This document shows positions 39,840 to 47,632 of a stretch of 64,000 bases of DNA, in pieces. The notes beneath the pieces were generated by a model. The model did no database searches. It worked only from the letters and a program-made list of their open reading frames with translations, and was not told the origin of the DNA. A program made the translations under genes and the position numbers. Origin of the DNA: Bacillota bacterium (GTDB lineage Bacteria > Bacillota > Dehalobacteriia > UBA4068 > UBA4997); assembly GCA_017397935.1 (NCBI GenBank), contig JAFQHN010000001.1:19134-83133 (forward strand), written 5' to 3'. Positions within the stretch are counted from its first letter, which is position 1; each line of letters opens with the position of its first letter.

Positions 39840-41522
39840 ATGCACAACACTTTTACCTTAAATTGGCATTGGGGCCAAAAATCCGGCACCACCCAGGCCA
39901 AACCGGGCCAGCCTCTTAAAGAGCTGCTGCCCCCCCAGAGTGATGATCAGCCGAAAATTGTGGCAGCCATCTGCGGCAACCTGTTAAAAGACTTAAATTA
40001 TCCCCTGTTTGCCGCCGATGACATCACCTGGCTGGACGCTTCAACCCCCATGGGCAGTCGGGTGCTGCAAAACTCGCTGGCTTTTCTGCTGGCCGTGGCC
40101 GCCCGGCAGGAGTTCCCACAATATCAGCTGCACATTTTCCATTCTCTGCGCAACGGCCGCTTCTGCAAACTGCTGCCCACCGCCGATTTTCCCCCCCTCA
40201 CCCCGGCCGATATTGCTAAACTGGCGGCAGCCATGCACCATTTGGCAGCGGCTGATTTACCCATCCGCAAAAGCGTGGTCACCAAGCAGCACGCCGTAGA
40301 TTTCTTCCGCACCCAGGGCAACGAGCCCAAAGCACAAAACCTCAGCCAGCTGCCCGATAAGCAGGTAACGCTGCACAGTCTGGGAGACACCACGCTGCAT
40401 ATGTTCAGCAAACTGGTGCCCACCACCGGTTATCTCAACGGCTTCTGCCTCCATCCCTTTGAAGACGGCTTTATTCTGGCGGCCACCAACACCTGCCGGC
40501 AGGATGAAGCAGCTCTCTCGGCGCTGGTTTACCCCAAAACGCTTAACGCCACGCTGGAAAATTACAATAAATGGATGAGCCTGCACAGCATCAATTATTG
40601 CTGTGACTTAAACCGCTATGTGCAAACCGATGATTTTGACAATCTGGTGATTATGGCCGAGGCCCGCCAAACCCGCAGCTTGCAGCAGATCGCCGATGAG
40701 ATCACCGCCGCCTTTCCGCGTGTTAAGCTGGTGTTGATTGCCGGCCCCAGCTCATCGGGCAAAACCTCCTTCTGCAACCGTCTGGCCATAGAGCTCCGCA
40801 GCCAGGGCTTAAAGCCCATCACCCTCTCCATGGACAATTATTTCATCAATAATGATGAGCTGCCCCCCGGCGAGGACGGCCAGCCCGATTTCGAGGCGGT
40901 GGAGGCGGTAGATATTCCGCTGTTCAACCGCCAGTTACAGCAAATGATCAACGGCGAGGCCGTAGAAATGCCGGTGTTTGATTTCATCACCGGCCGCCGC
41001 AGCCAGCGCACCATACCCGTGCAGCTTGGGCCGCAGCATATCCTGCTGGTAGAGGGCATCCATGGCATCAATGAAACCCTCACCGCCCAAATCCCGGCCG
41101 AGAATAAGCTGAAAATTTACATCTCCTGCATGACGGCGCTTAATTTAGACGCCCTCACCCCCATCTCCACCAGCGATAACCGTGAGATCCGCCGTTTGGT
41201 GCGCGATGTCCGCTTCCGTGGTATCTCCGCCGAAAAAACTCTGTTAAATTGGCAAAAAGTGCGTGCCGGAGAAGAAAAAAACATCTTCCCTTATCAGGAC
41301 TCGGCCGATTTTTACTTCAACACCTCGCTGATTTATGAGTTCTCGCTGCTCTCCCCGCTGATTACGCCTTATCTGCTGCAAATCCCGCAATCCAGCCCCG
41401 CTTACCCCGAGGCCCGTCGGCTGCTGCGGCTGGTCAGCTGCTTCACCCCGGAAGAAACCAAAACCGTGCCCGCTTATTCTCTGCTGCAAGAGTTTTTGGG
41501 CGGCAGCGTGTTTGAGTTATAA
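39840..41522 (+). CDS. Uridine kinase-family P-loop protein with a long N-terminal extension
   Basis: 560 aa. The C-terminal half has IAGPSSSGKTSF (Walker A) and a PRK/uridine-kinase-like region. The ~280-aa N-terminal domain was not identified by eye. Confidence 0.6.
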   Translation: MHNTFTLNWHWGQKSGTTQAKPGQPLKELLPPQSDDQPKIVAAICGNLLKDLNYPLFAADDITWLDASTPMGSRVLQNSLAFLLAVAARQEFPQYQLHIFHSLRNGRFCKLLPTADFPPLTPADIAKLAAAMHHLAAADLPIRKSVVTKQHAVDFFRTQGNEPKAQNLSQLPDKQVTLHSLGDTTLHMFSKLVPTTGYLNGFCLHPFEDGFILAATNTCRQDEAALSALVYPKTLNATLENYNKWMSLHSINYCCDLNRYVQTDDFDNLVIMAEARQTRSLQQIADEITAAFPRVKLVLIAGPSSSGKTSFCNRLAIELRSQGLKPITLSMDNYFINNDELPPGEDGQPDFEAVEAVDIPLFNRQLQQMINGEAVEMPVFDFITGRRSQRTIPVQLGPQHILLVEGIHGINETLTAQIPAENKLKIYISCMTALNLDALTPISTSDNREIRRLVRDVRFRGISAEKTLLNWQKVRAGEEKNIFPYQDSADFYFNTSLIYEFSLLSPLITPYLLQIPQSSPAYPEARRLLRLVSCFTPEETKTVPAYSLLQEFLGGSVFEL

Positions 41523-41534
41523 CCACCCCCCAAA

Positions 41535-41560
41535 GCCGCCGATGCTACTCGGCGGTTTTT
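41535..41560 (+). terminator. Intrinsic terminator
   Basis: GCCGCCGA-TGCTAC-TCGGCGG followed by TTTTT. Confidence 0.75.
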
Positions 41561-41711
41561 AATTTGCCAAATAAAGGCAGGCAAAACCGCCCCATTGTGC
41601 CCCAAATTTACTCATAATCAGCGCAAAATCCTCCCATACTAAAACCAGACCTGAAAAGGCGCAATTTACAACAAGCAAACCCATAAAACTTAGTAAACGG
41701 AGGATCAAAAG

Positions 41712-42113
41712 ATGAGAAAAGCAAGCAATAAAATCAGTAAGCTGAGGAAATTTTTCGGCGTAATGCTGGCCTGCCTGCTGATAGCCGCCTCTCTGGCCGG
41801 CTGTTCAGACAACAACGGCAGCGGCACAGGCACAGGTACTGGCACAGGCACCAACACCGGCATGGGCATGGGCAACACCGCCCCCGGCACCAGCAACAAC
41901 GGCACGGGTTATAACCCCAACGCCACCAACACCGGCAACTCCATGCTGTCTGATAGCTATGACACCAACAACGGCCTGGGCGATAACAACGGCACCGGCG
42001 CAGCCGGCTACGGCTCCGGTTACAGCATCGGCACCGGCGTCAGAAACAGCGATTACCAAAACAGCGGCGTTATCGGCGCCGGCCGCACCGGCAATATCTC
42101 CGCCGATATGTAA
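41712..42113 (+). CDS. Low-complexity Gly/Thr/Asn-rich lipoprotein
   Basis: 133 aa. Signal peptide with lipobox LAGC, then GSGTGTGTGTGTNTGMGMGNT... RBS ACGGAGGA lies upstream. Confidence 0.6.
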   Translation: MRKASNKISKLRKFFGVMLACLLIAASLAGCSDNNGSGTGTGTGTGTNTGMGMGNTAPGTSNNGTGYNPNATNTGNSMLSDSYDTNNGLGDNNGTGAAGYGSGYSIGTGVRNSDYQNSGVIGAGRTGNISADM

Positions 42114-42136
42114 CGCTCCATTTCCTCACACAAAAA

Positions 42137-42175
42137 ACGGTAACGACATTTTACCTTGTCGCTACCGTTTTTTTT
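42137..42175 (+). terminator. Intrinsic terminator of the lipoprotein gene
   Basis: ACGGTAACGAC-loop-GTCGCTACCGT followed by T8. The T-run runs directly into the first TTTTTATAC repeat head. Confidence 0.8.
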
Positions 42176-42500
42176 ATACATAAGCTACTATACAGCCTCA
42201 ATCTTACTTTTCATAAAAAAGCCATAATCAGTTTTTCCTCTAATCTCGGCTTTTTTATACCTTAGTTTCTTTGGTGCCTGAATTGCACTTTTTCAGCGAA
42301 AACTACAATCAGTTTTTTCCTCTAATCTCAGCTTTATTTTATACCTTAGTTACTATAAAGCCTTAATTATGCTTTTCATAAAACCGCAATCAGCTTTTTC
42401 CTCTAACTTAGGCCTTTTTTATACCTTGGTTACTATGGTGCCTTAATTGTACTTTTTACCAAAACCGCAATCAGTTTTTTTACCAAATCTGCTCTTGTAC
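42170..42500. repeat. Four tandem 80-84 bp units of the TTTTATACC-head family between convergent genes
   Basis: Heads at ~42176, 42257, 42341 and 42421. Units read TTTTTATACCTTAGTTACTAT..GCCTTAATT..CTTTT.A.AAAACCGCAATCAGTTTTTCCTCTAATCT. Confidence 0.85.
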
Positions 42501-42506
42501 CCTTGC

Positions 42507-43013
42507 TTACAGGTCACCGATAAAGCTTACCGGCAGCACGCTCAAAGAGATTTCGCCGGTACGGATGATCTCGATAATGCCGTATTTCTTCATCAGCATA
42601 CAGAAGGAATCGATCTTCTTGCTGTCATTGGTCACCTCAATAACCATCGCCTCAGCGTTAAAGTCGATAATGCGACCCATAAACACATCCACAATGCTCA
42701 TAATTTCCTGCCGATACTCATCCGAGGTCTTAATTTTCACCAGCGCCAGCTCCCTGCTCATCGACGCCGATTTCGACAAATGCACCACGCGGTACACCTG
42801 CACCAGCTTCTCTATCTGAGCCATTATCTGCTCCAACTGCCAATCCTCCTCGATAGAAACCACCAGAGAAATGCGGGTAATGCCCTCCTTCTCGGTTTTC
42901 GAGGCAGCGATAGATTCAATATTATACCCCCGGCGAGAAATCAAACCCGAAACGTGCGTCAGTACGCCGGGGCTGTCCTCTACCAAAACAGCCAGTTGTT
43001 TTCTCTTCATCAA
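42507..43013 (-). CDS. ilvN: Acetolactate synthase small (regulatory) subunit
   Basis: 168 aa. ACT domain LAVLVEDSPGVLTHVSGLISRRGYNIESI. 4-nt overlap with ilvB. Confidence 0.92.
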   Translation of the reverse strand: MMKRKQLAVLVEDSPGVLTHVSGLISRRGYNIESIAASKTEKEGITRISLVVSIEEDWQLEQIMAQIEKLVQVYRVVHLSKSASMSRELALVKIKTSDEYRQEIMSIVDVFMGRIIDFNAEAMVIEVTNDSKKIDSFCMLMKKYGIIEIIRTGEISLSVLPVSFIGDL

Positions 43014-44692
43014 TAATCACTCCCCCCAAAAACCATTTCCGAAAGTGACTTGCCGGGCGCAACCATCGGCATAACATTTTCTTCCTCGTCCACCAACACT
43101 TCCACCAGCACCGGGCCGGGGGTATTTCTGGCCTGCTCCAAGGCAGCCCTCACATCCTCCGCCTTCTCCACGGTAATGCCCGTGCAGCCCATAGCCTCGG
43201 CCAGCTTGGCAAAACTTATCTTGAACTCGTGCTTGGATGCCGACATACGGTTGTTAAAGAACATTCTCTGCCATTGACGCACCATGCCCAGGCCCCGGTT
43301 GTTCAAAATCAACATCTTCACCGGCAGATTTTCCTCGGTCAGCGTGGCCATTTCCTGGCAGTTCATCATAATACTGCCGTCGCTGGATACCAACCAAACC
43401 TCTTTATCCCCGGCCAAAACCGCCGCACCCAGCGCCGCCGGCAAACCGTAACCCATAGTACCCAGGCCGCCGCTGGTCAAAAAAGTTCTGGGGTGCTTAA
43501 AATCCAGATACTGGGCAGACCACATCTGGTGCTGGCCAACGTCGGTGGCGATAACCGCCTCGCCTCTGGTCAAATCGTTCAGCTCCTCCAACACATACTC
43601 CGGCTTGATAACCTCGGCAGATTTTTCATAGCTCATCGGATGCTCCTGCTTCCATTTGGCACAATTGGCCAGCCAATCGCTCAAATTACCGGTCTCGGCC
43701 TGCATCAACAGCGGCAAAGACCACTTCAAATCACCGGCCAGCCGATAATCAATGCGTACATTTTTATTAAACTCGGCCGGGTCAATATCCAAATGCACCA
43801 CTCTGGCGCCGGCCGCAAAGGTGTTCAGCGTGCCCGTCACACGGTCATCAAAGCGCACACCCACACCAATCAGCAAATCGGCGTGCTGTACCGCCATGTT
43901 GGCCGCATAAGTGCCGTGCATACCCAGCATACCCAAATGCAGTTCATCATCGGTAGGGTACGCAGTCAGGCCCATCAAACTGGCCACCACGGGGATTTTC
44001 GTCTTGGCCACCAGCTCTCTCAGCAAATCAGACGCGCCGGAGCTTACCACACCGCCGCCCACAAACAGCACCGGGCTGTGGCTGCGGTTGATGACGTCCA
44101 AAATAGCCTGCAAATCGGCCGTGCCGCCCTCAGTTTTCGGCTGATAACTCCAATGCAGGTGGTCCAGATTTTCGGGGTAATCCCATTCCGCCTCATCCAA
44201 AAATACGTCCTTGGGGATATCCACCACCACGGGGCCGGGGCGGCCGCTACGGGCAATATAAAAAGCTTTTTTAAGCGTCAATGCCAAATCATTAACGTCC
44301 TGCACCAAAAAATTATGCTTGGTAATGGGCGTGGTAATACCCACCACATCCGCCTCCTGGAAGCTGTCCTTACCAATGGCCGCGCGCACCACCTGGCAGG
44401 TAATGCACACCATAGGGATGGAGTCCATATTGGCGGTGGCAATACCGGTGATCAGATTGGTGGCTCCCGGGCCGGAGGTGGAAATGCAAACACCCACCTT
44501 ACCGGTAAATCGGGCATAACCGTCGGCTGCGTGTACTGCACCCTGCTCATGGCGGGTCAGCACGTGGCGCAGACCGCTGTCATACAGGGCGTCATAAAGC
44601 GGCAGCGCACCGCCGCCCGGATAGCCGAAAACAGTTTCAATACCCTCGGCTCTGATAGCTTCAACAACAATATTCGCACCCTTTAATCGCAT
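43010..44692 (-). CDS. ilvB: Acetolactate synthase large subunit, biosynthetic type
   Basis: 560 aa. ThDP enzyme with GYPGGGALPLYDAL and a GLGTMGYGLPAALGA...GDGS-type ThDP motif. Confidence 0.95.
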   Translation of the reverse strand: MRLKGANIVVEAIRAEGIETVFGYPGGGALPLYDALYDSGLRHVLTRHEQGAVHAADGYARFTGKVGVCISTSGPGATNLITGIATANMDSIPMVCITCQVVRAAIGKDSFQEADVVGITTPITKHNFLVQDVNDLALTLKKAFYIARSGRPGPVVVDIPKDVFLDEAEWDYPENLDHLHWSYQPKTEGGTADLQAILDVINRSHSPVLFVGGGVVSSGASDLLRELVAKTKIPVVASLMGLTAYPTDDELHLGMLGMHGTYAANMAVQHADLLIGVGVRFDDRVTGTLNTFAAGARVVHLDIDPAEFNKNVRIDYRLAGDLKWSLPLLMQAETGNLSDWLANCAKWKQEHPMSYEKSAEVIKPEYVLEELNDLTRGEAVIATDVGQHQMWSAQYLDFKHPRTFLTSGGLGTMGYGLPAALGAAVLAGDKEVWLVSSDGSIMMNCQEMATLTEENLPVKMLILNNRGLGMVRQWQRMFFNNRMSASKHEFKISFAKLAEAMGCTGITVEKAEDVRAALEQARNTPGPVLVEVLVDEEENVMPMVAPGKSLSEMVFGGSDY

Positions 44693-46041
44693 AATTCAGC
44701 CTCCTTAACAGCCAGCCAAATTGCACATTCCAGGCGGATTCGGCTGATTTTGCAGCCCAGTTCATAAGGCTGCATAATATCGTGGTGGAACAAATCGGCA
44801 TTGGCATGGCAGCCGCCGCTGCAAAAGAACCGCGCCCAGCAGTTCATGCAGCTTTCCTTGTTATACACATGGGCGTTGCGGAATTTATCCACCAATTCCT
44901 TACTCTTTGGCCAAACACCTTCCGCCACCGTACCCAGCTTGTACTCCTCACGCCCCACAAACTGGTGGCAAGGATAAAATTCGCCCTCAGGTGTTACCAC
45001 CATATACTCATAACCGGCGCCGCAGCCCGTCAATCTCTTGGGCAGGCACGGCCCCTGCTTCAAATTCAGCTTAAAATGGAAGAAGTCAAAAGGTCTGCCC
45101 TCCTCACGCCGCGCCTCAAAAAGCTCGGCCAGCTTCCAATATTCCTCTTTCAGCTGGGGCAGGTCCTCCTCATGCAGCTTGCGCGGGCCATAAAGCTCCA
45201 CCGCCGGCTCCATGGATAAACGCGGAAAGCCCATATCCAGCCAATGCTTGATGTCCTCGCTGAAATCCTTGTTATAGCCGGTATATGTACCGCGCACAAT
45301 GGCGTTCTGGCGGGTGTTCTGCGCCAAAAACATCTTGATGTTCTCGGTCACCTGCTCATAGCTGCCGCTGCCATCGGGGAAAACTCTCTGGCGGTCATGC
45401 ACCTCTTTGCGCCCGTCATGGCTAAGCACCACACTCACGGCATTTTCCTCGGCCCAGGCCGCAATCTCCGGCGTCAGGCCCACACAGTTGGTGGTAAAGG
45501 TAAAGCGCAGCGTCTTGCCAAATTCCTTTTCTCTCTCCCGTCCATAAGCCACCAGCCGCTGTACCACATCAATATTCAGCAGAGGCTCACCGCCAAAAAA
45601 GTCAACCTCCAAAAATTTGCGGATACCGCTGTGCGTCAGCAGATAATCCAGGGCCGCCGCACCCGTTTCAAAGCTCATCATGCTGCGTTTGCCGCCAAAG
45701 CTGCCGGTGGATGCAAAACAATAACGGCAGCGAAGATCACAGTCGTGGCAAATATTCAAACACAGCGATTTCAACACCGGCGCCGGCGGAATATACTTGC
45801 CCAAATAGGCGTCATCGGTAAACAGCACCTGCTCCTCTTTCAGCGCCATCAATTCCTCGGCAATCTCCTGCTCATCCGCAGATAACTCCTCGCCGGCCTG
45901 CAATTTGTTCAGACACTTCACGGTGTCCTCATCGATCCGCATCACCGAGCCGCTGTTAATATCCAGCAGCAGCCAACCGTCAGGCACAGCAAACCAATGA
46001 ATTTTGGCCAGTTCCGATACATCAAAATTTTCCCAAACCAT
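44683..46041 (-). CDS. SCIFF peptide radical SAM/SPASM maturase (thioether cross-link forming)
   Basis: 452 aa. CHDCDLRCRYC radical SAM cluster motif and a C-terminal SPASM Cys clusters (CMNCWARFFCSGGCHA). Located downstream of a SCIFF precursor. Confidence 0.88.
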   Translation of the reverse strand: MVWENFDVSELAKIHWFAVPDGWLLLDINSGSVMRIDEDTVKCLNKLQAGEELSADEQEIAEELMALKEEQVLFTDDAYLGKYIPPAPVLKSLCLNICHDCDLRCRYCFASTGSFGGKRSMMSFETGAAALDYLLTHSGIRKFLEVDFFGGEPLLNIDVVQRLVAYGREREKEFGKTLRFTFTTNCVGLTPEIAAWAEENAVSVVLSHDGRKEVHDRQRVFPDGSGSYEQVTENIKMFLAQNTRQNAIVRGTYTGYNKDFSEDIKHWLDMGFPRLSMEPAVELYGPRKLHEEDLPQLKEEYWKLAELFEARREEGRPFDFFHFKLNLKQGPCLPKRLTGCGAGYEYMVVTPEGEFYPCHQFVGREEYKLGTVAEGVWPKSKELVDKFRNAHVYNKESCMNCWARFFCSGGCHANADLFHHDIMQPYELGCKISRIRLECAIWLAVKEAELCD

Positions 46042-46124
46042 AAACTTACCTCAATATATCCCAAAATTTTTTATTTTTTAAGCACCTTTTTCTTAGATGC
46101 TATCCTTAAACTTTCTCGTAAATT

Positions 46125-46345
46125 TCTCTTAGATTTTCCCATAGATAAACCAAACAGGGGCACTATCAATCCACGAACTGCCGATTTCACTCAACATTCG
46201 GCAAAATCACCCCAATTTGCTCTTAGATAAACCAAACGGGGGCACTATCAACTAACCAACCGTCAATTTTACTCAACATTTGATAACCCCAACAAATTTC
46301 ATCTCAAATAAATCAAACGGGGGCATAAAGAATGCCCCCGCTGAT
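46125..46345. repeat. About 2.5 tandem ~85-95 bp units between the SCIFF precursor and maturase, each carrying a terminator half-site
   Basis: CTCTTAGAT..AAACCAAAC(A/G)GGGGCACTATCAA...TCACTCAACATT... occurs twice, then CTCAAATAAATCAAACGGGGGCAT, which forms the real hairpin. Confidence 0.75.
46305..46340 (-). terminator. Intrinsic terminator/attenuator directly after the SCIFF precursor
   Basis: Minus strand CGGGGGCAT-TCTTT-ATGCCCCCG followed by TTTGATTTATTTG, 17 nt after the stop codon. Confidence 0.7.
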
Positions 46346-46356
46346 TCTGCAAAAAT

Positions 46357-46497
46357 TTATTTTTCGCAGGCCTGATTGCCAACCGTGCAAGAGGTTTTGC
46401 AAGCAGACTGACAGGAGCTTTGGCAGCTGCCGCAGCCGCCGTTTTTAGCGGTTTCCTGTAACTTACCCTTAACCACAACCTGAATGTGCTTAGCCAT
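46357..46497 (-). CDS. SCIFF (six-cysteines-in-forty-five) ranthipeptide precursor
   Basis: 46 aa, MAKHIQVVVKGKLQETAKNGGCGSCQSSCQSACKTSCTVGNQACEK. This is the conserved SCIFF C-terminal pattern GGCG.CQ.SCQSACKTSCTVGNQ.CE. RBS GAGGAGGGGGA. The longer 93-aa track ORF is trimmed to this ATG. Confidence 0.9.
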   Translation of the reverse strand: MAKHIQVVVKGKLQETAKNGGCGSCQSSCQSACKTSCTVGNQACEK

Positions 46498-46560
46498 CAA
46501 TCTCTCCCCCTCCTCACCGCGCTTAGCGCACGGCAAATTTTTTAGGTTTACAATAGGGTA

Positions 46561-46589
46561 ATTATAGCACACTTTCCTCGCATCTTCAA
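46561..46589 (-). promoter_or_regulatory. Putative sigma-A promoter of the SCIFF operon
   Basis: Minus strand TTGAAG, 17-nt spacer, TGcTATAAT, ~60 nt upstream of the SCIFF ATG. Confidence 0.55.
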
Positions 46590-46692
46590 GCAAATTATCG
46601 GCATTTTTGCATTTATTCATATACAAGCCCGCACCCATCCGCCCCCCGCCGCATAACCTGTACTATAAACCAAAACAAAAGGGGGCTTAAAC

Positions 46693-46977
46693 ATGGCCTG
46701 CTGTAATAATAACTGTAATAACTGCTGCAATAACTGCTGTCGGTGCTGCAATAACAATGACACCGCAGCCGCCAACACCAATAACAACAACTGCTGCTGT
46801 AACAATAACAACTGCTGCTGCCGTCGCCGCCGCAATAACTGCGATTTCAGCAATCTCGGCATCTTTGGCAACACCTGGTCGCTGGGCGGTCTGGGCCGTC
46901 GCAACAATAACTGCGGCTGCAATAACTGCAATAACTGCGGCTGTGATAATTGCAATAACTGCAACAACTGCGGTTGA
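46693..46977 (+). CDS. Cys/Asn-rich small protein 1 (family not recognised)
   Basis: 94 aa with 24 Cys and 35 Asn: MACCNNNCNNCCNNCCRCC...CGCNNCNNCGCDNCNNCNNCG, with a short FSNLGIFGNTWSLGGLG core. AAGGGGG RBS 8 nt before the ATG. The antisense Q/L frame (46617..46967) has a TTG start and no RBS. Confidence 0.55.
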   Translation: MACCNNNCNNCCNNCCRCCNNNDTAAANTNNNNCCCNNNNCCCRRRRNNCDFSNLGIFGNTWSLGGLGRRNNNCGCNNCNNCGCDNCNNCNNCG

Positions 46978-47140
46978 TTTTGTACCTATCTACTCTCGTT
47001 TACCATAAAAATTTCACCTTTGATTAAAATTACCCGTTCCTCTCTAATCTTTCACCTTATTTTGTACCCATCCACTCTTGTTTACCATAATTTTCTTTTC
47101 TTCCCGTTTTATTTAATCACTATAAAAATCTCAGCTTTTG
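46978..47140. repeat. Two tandem 82-bp units of the TTTTATACC-head family (TTTTGTACC variant) plus shared tail motif
   Basis: TTTTGTACCTATCTACTCTCGTTTACCATAA... and TTTTGTACCCATCCACTCTTGTTTACCATAA.... Tail TCACTATAAAAATCTCAGC at ~47117, near-identical to ~49959. Confidence 0.8.
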
Positions 47141-47245
47141 TCATAGGATAGCAACACGGCTTGCGGCGAGTAAGCAAATTTTCCTTTCACCACCAAAAGT
47201 CGTTAACCATAAAATATATCAAAATGAAAAAGGAGGTCATCGCTT

Positions 47246-47515
47246 ATGCTTTCCAACTCTATCTTCGGCAACTGCTGCAACACCTGTGGTAATTGGGGTA
47301 ACAACTGCGGCAATTCCTGCGGCGGCAACTGGGGCAGCAACTGTGGCTGCGGCTGCGGAAACGGCGTTCTCGGCACCAACACCGGCACCAATCTCGGCAA
47401 CTCGGCATTTTGCTTCGTCGGCGAATGGGTAAACATTGTGGTTACGCTGACCATTTTGCAGAGCATTCTGGGCCTGGTTTGCAACTGGAACTGCGGCTGC
47501 AACAACTGCAACTGA
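47246..47515 (+). CDS. Cys/Asn/Gly-rich small protein 2 (family not recognised)
   Basis: 89 aa with 13 Cys: MLSNSIFGNCCNTCGNWGNNCGNSCGGNWGSNCGCGCGNG..., a hydrophobic EWVNIVVTLTILQSILGLV segment, and a C-terminal CNWNCGCNNCN tail like protein 1. Strong AAAGGAGG RBS 7 nt upstream. Confidence 0.6.
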   Translation: MLSNSIFGNCCNTCGNWGNNCGNSCGGNWGSNCGCGCGNGVLGTNTGTNLGNSAFCFVGEWVNIVVTLTILQSILGLVCNWNCGCNNCN

Positions 47516-47553
47516 TTTATCCCCAAAAAATTTACGCCACAAATCCAGCTTGG

Positions 47554-47581
47554 GGTGGCCGGTTTGCGCCGGCCGCCTTTT
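47554..47581 (+). terminator. Putative terminator after Cys-rich gene 2
   Basis: GGTGGCCGG-TTTGCG-CCGGCCGCC (one mismatch) followed by TTTT. Confidence 0.55.
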
Positions 47582-47632
47582 GCTGTAAATCCGCCCGTTT
47601 GTCCCAATATCCCAAATAAAGGAGGAATTTTT

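Noticed and set aside
46617-46967. Q/L-rich 116-aa minus-strand ORF antisense to Cys/Asn-rich gene 1. Also minus ORFs 47203..47808 and 47237..47659 opposite gene 2.
   Set aside because: - They have TTG or context-less starts with no Shine-Dalgarno sequence, whereas both + strand ORFs have strong RBSs at correct spacing.
- This remains an assumption that expression data should confirm.
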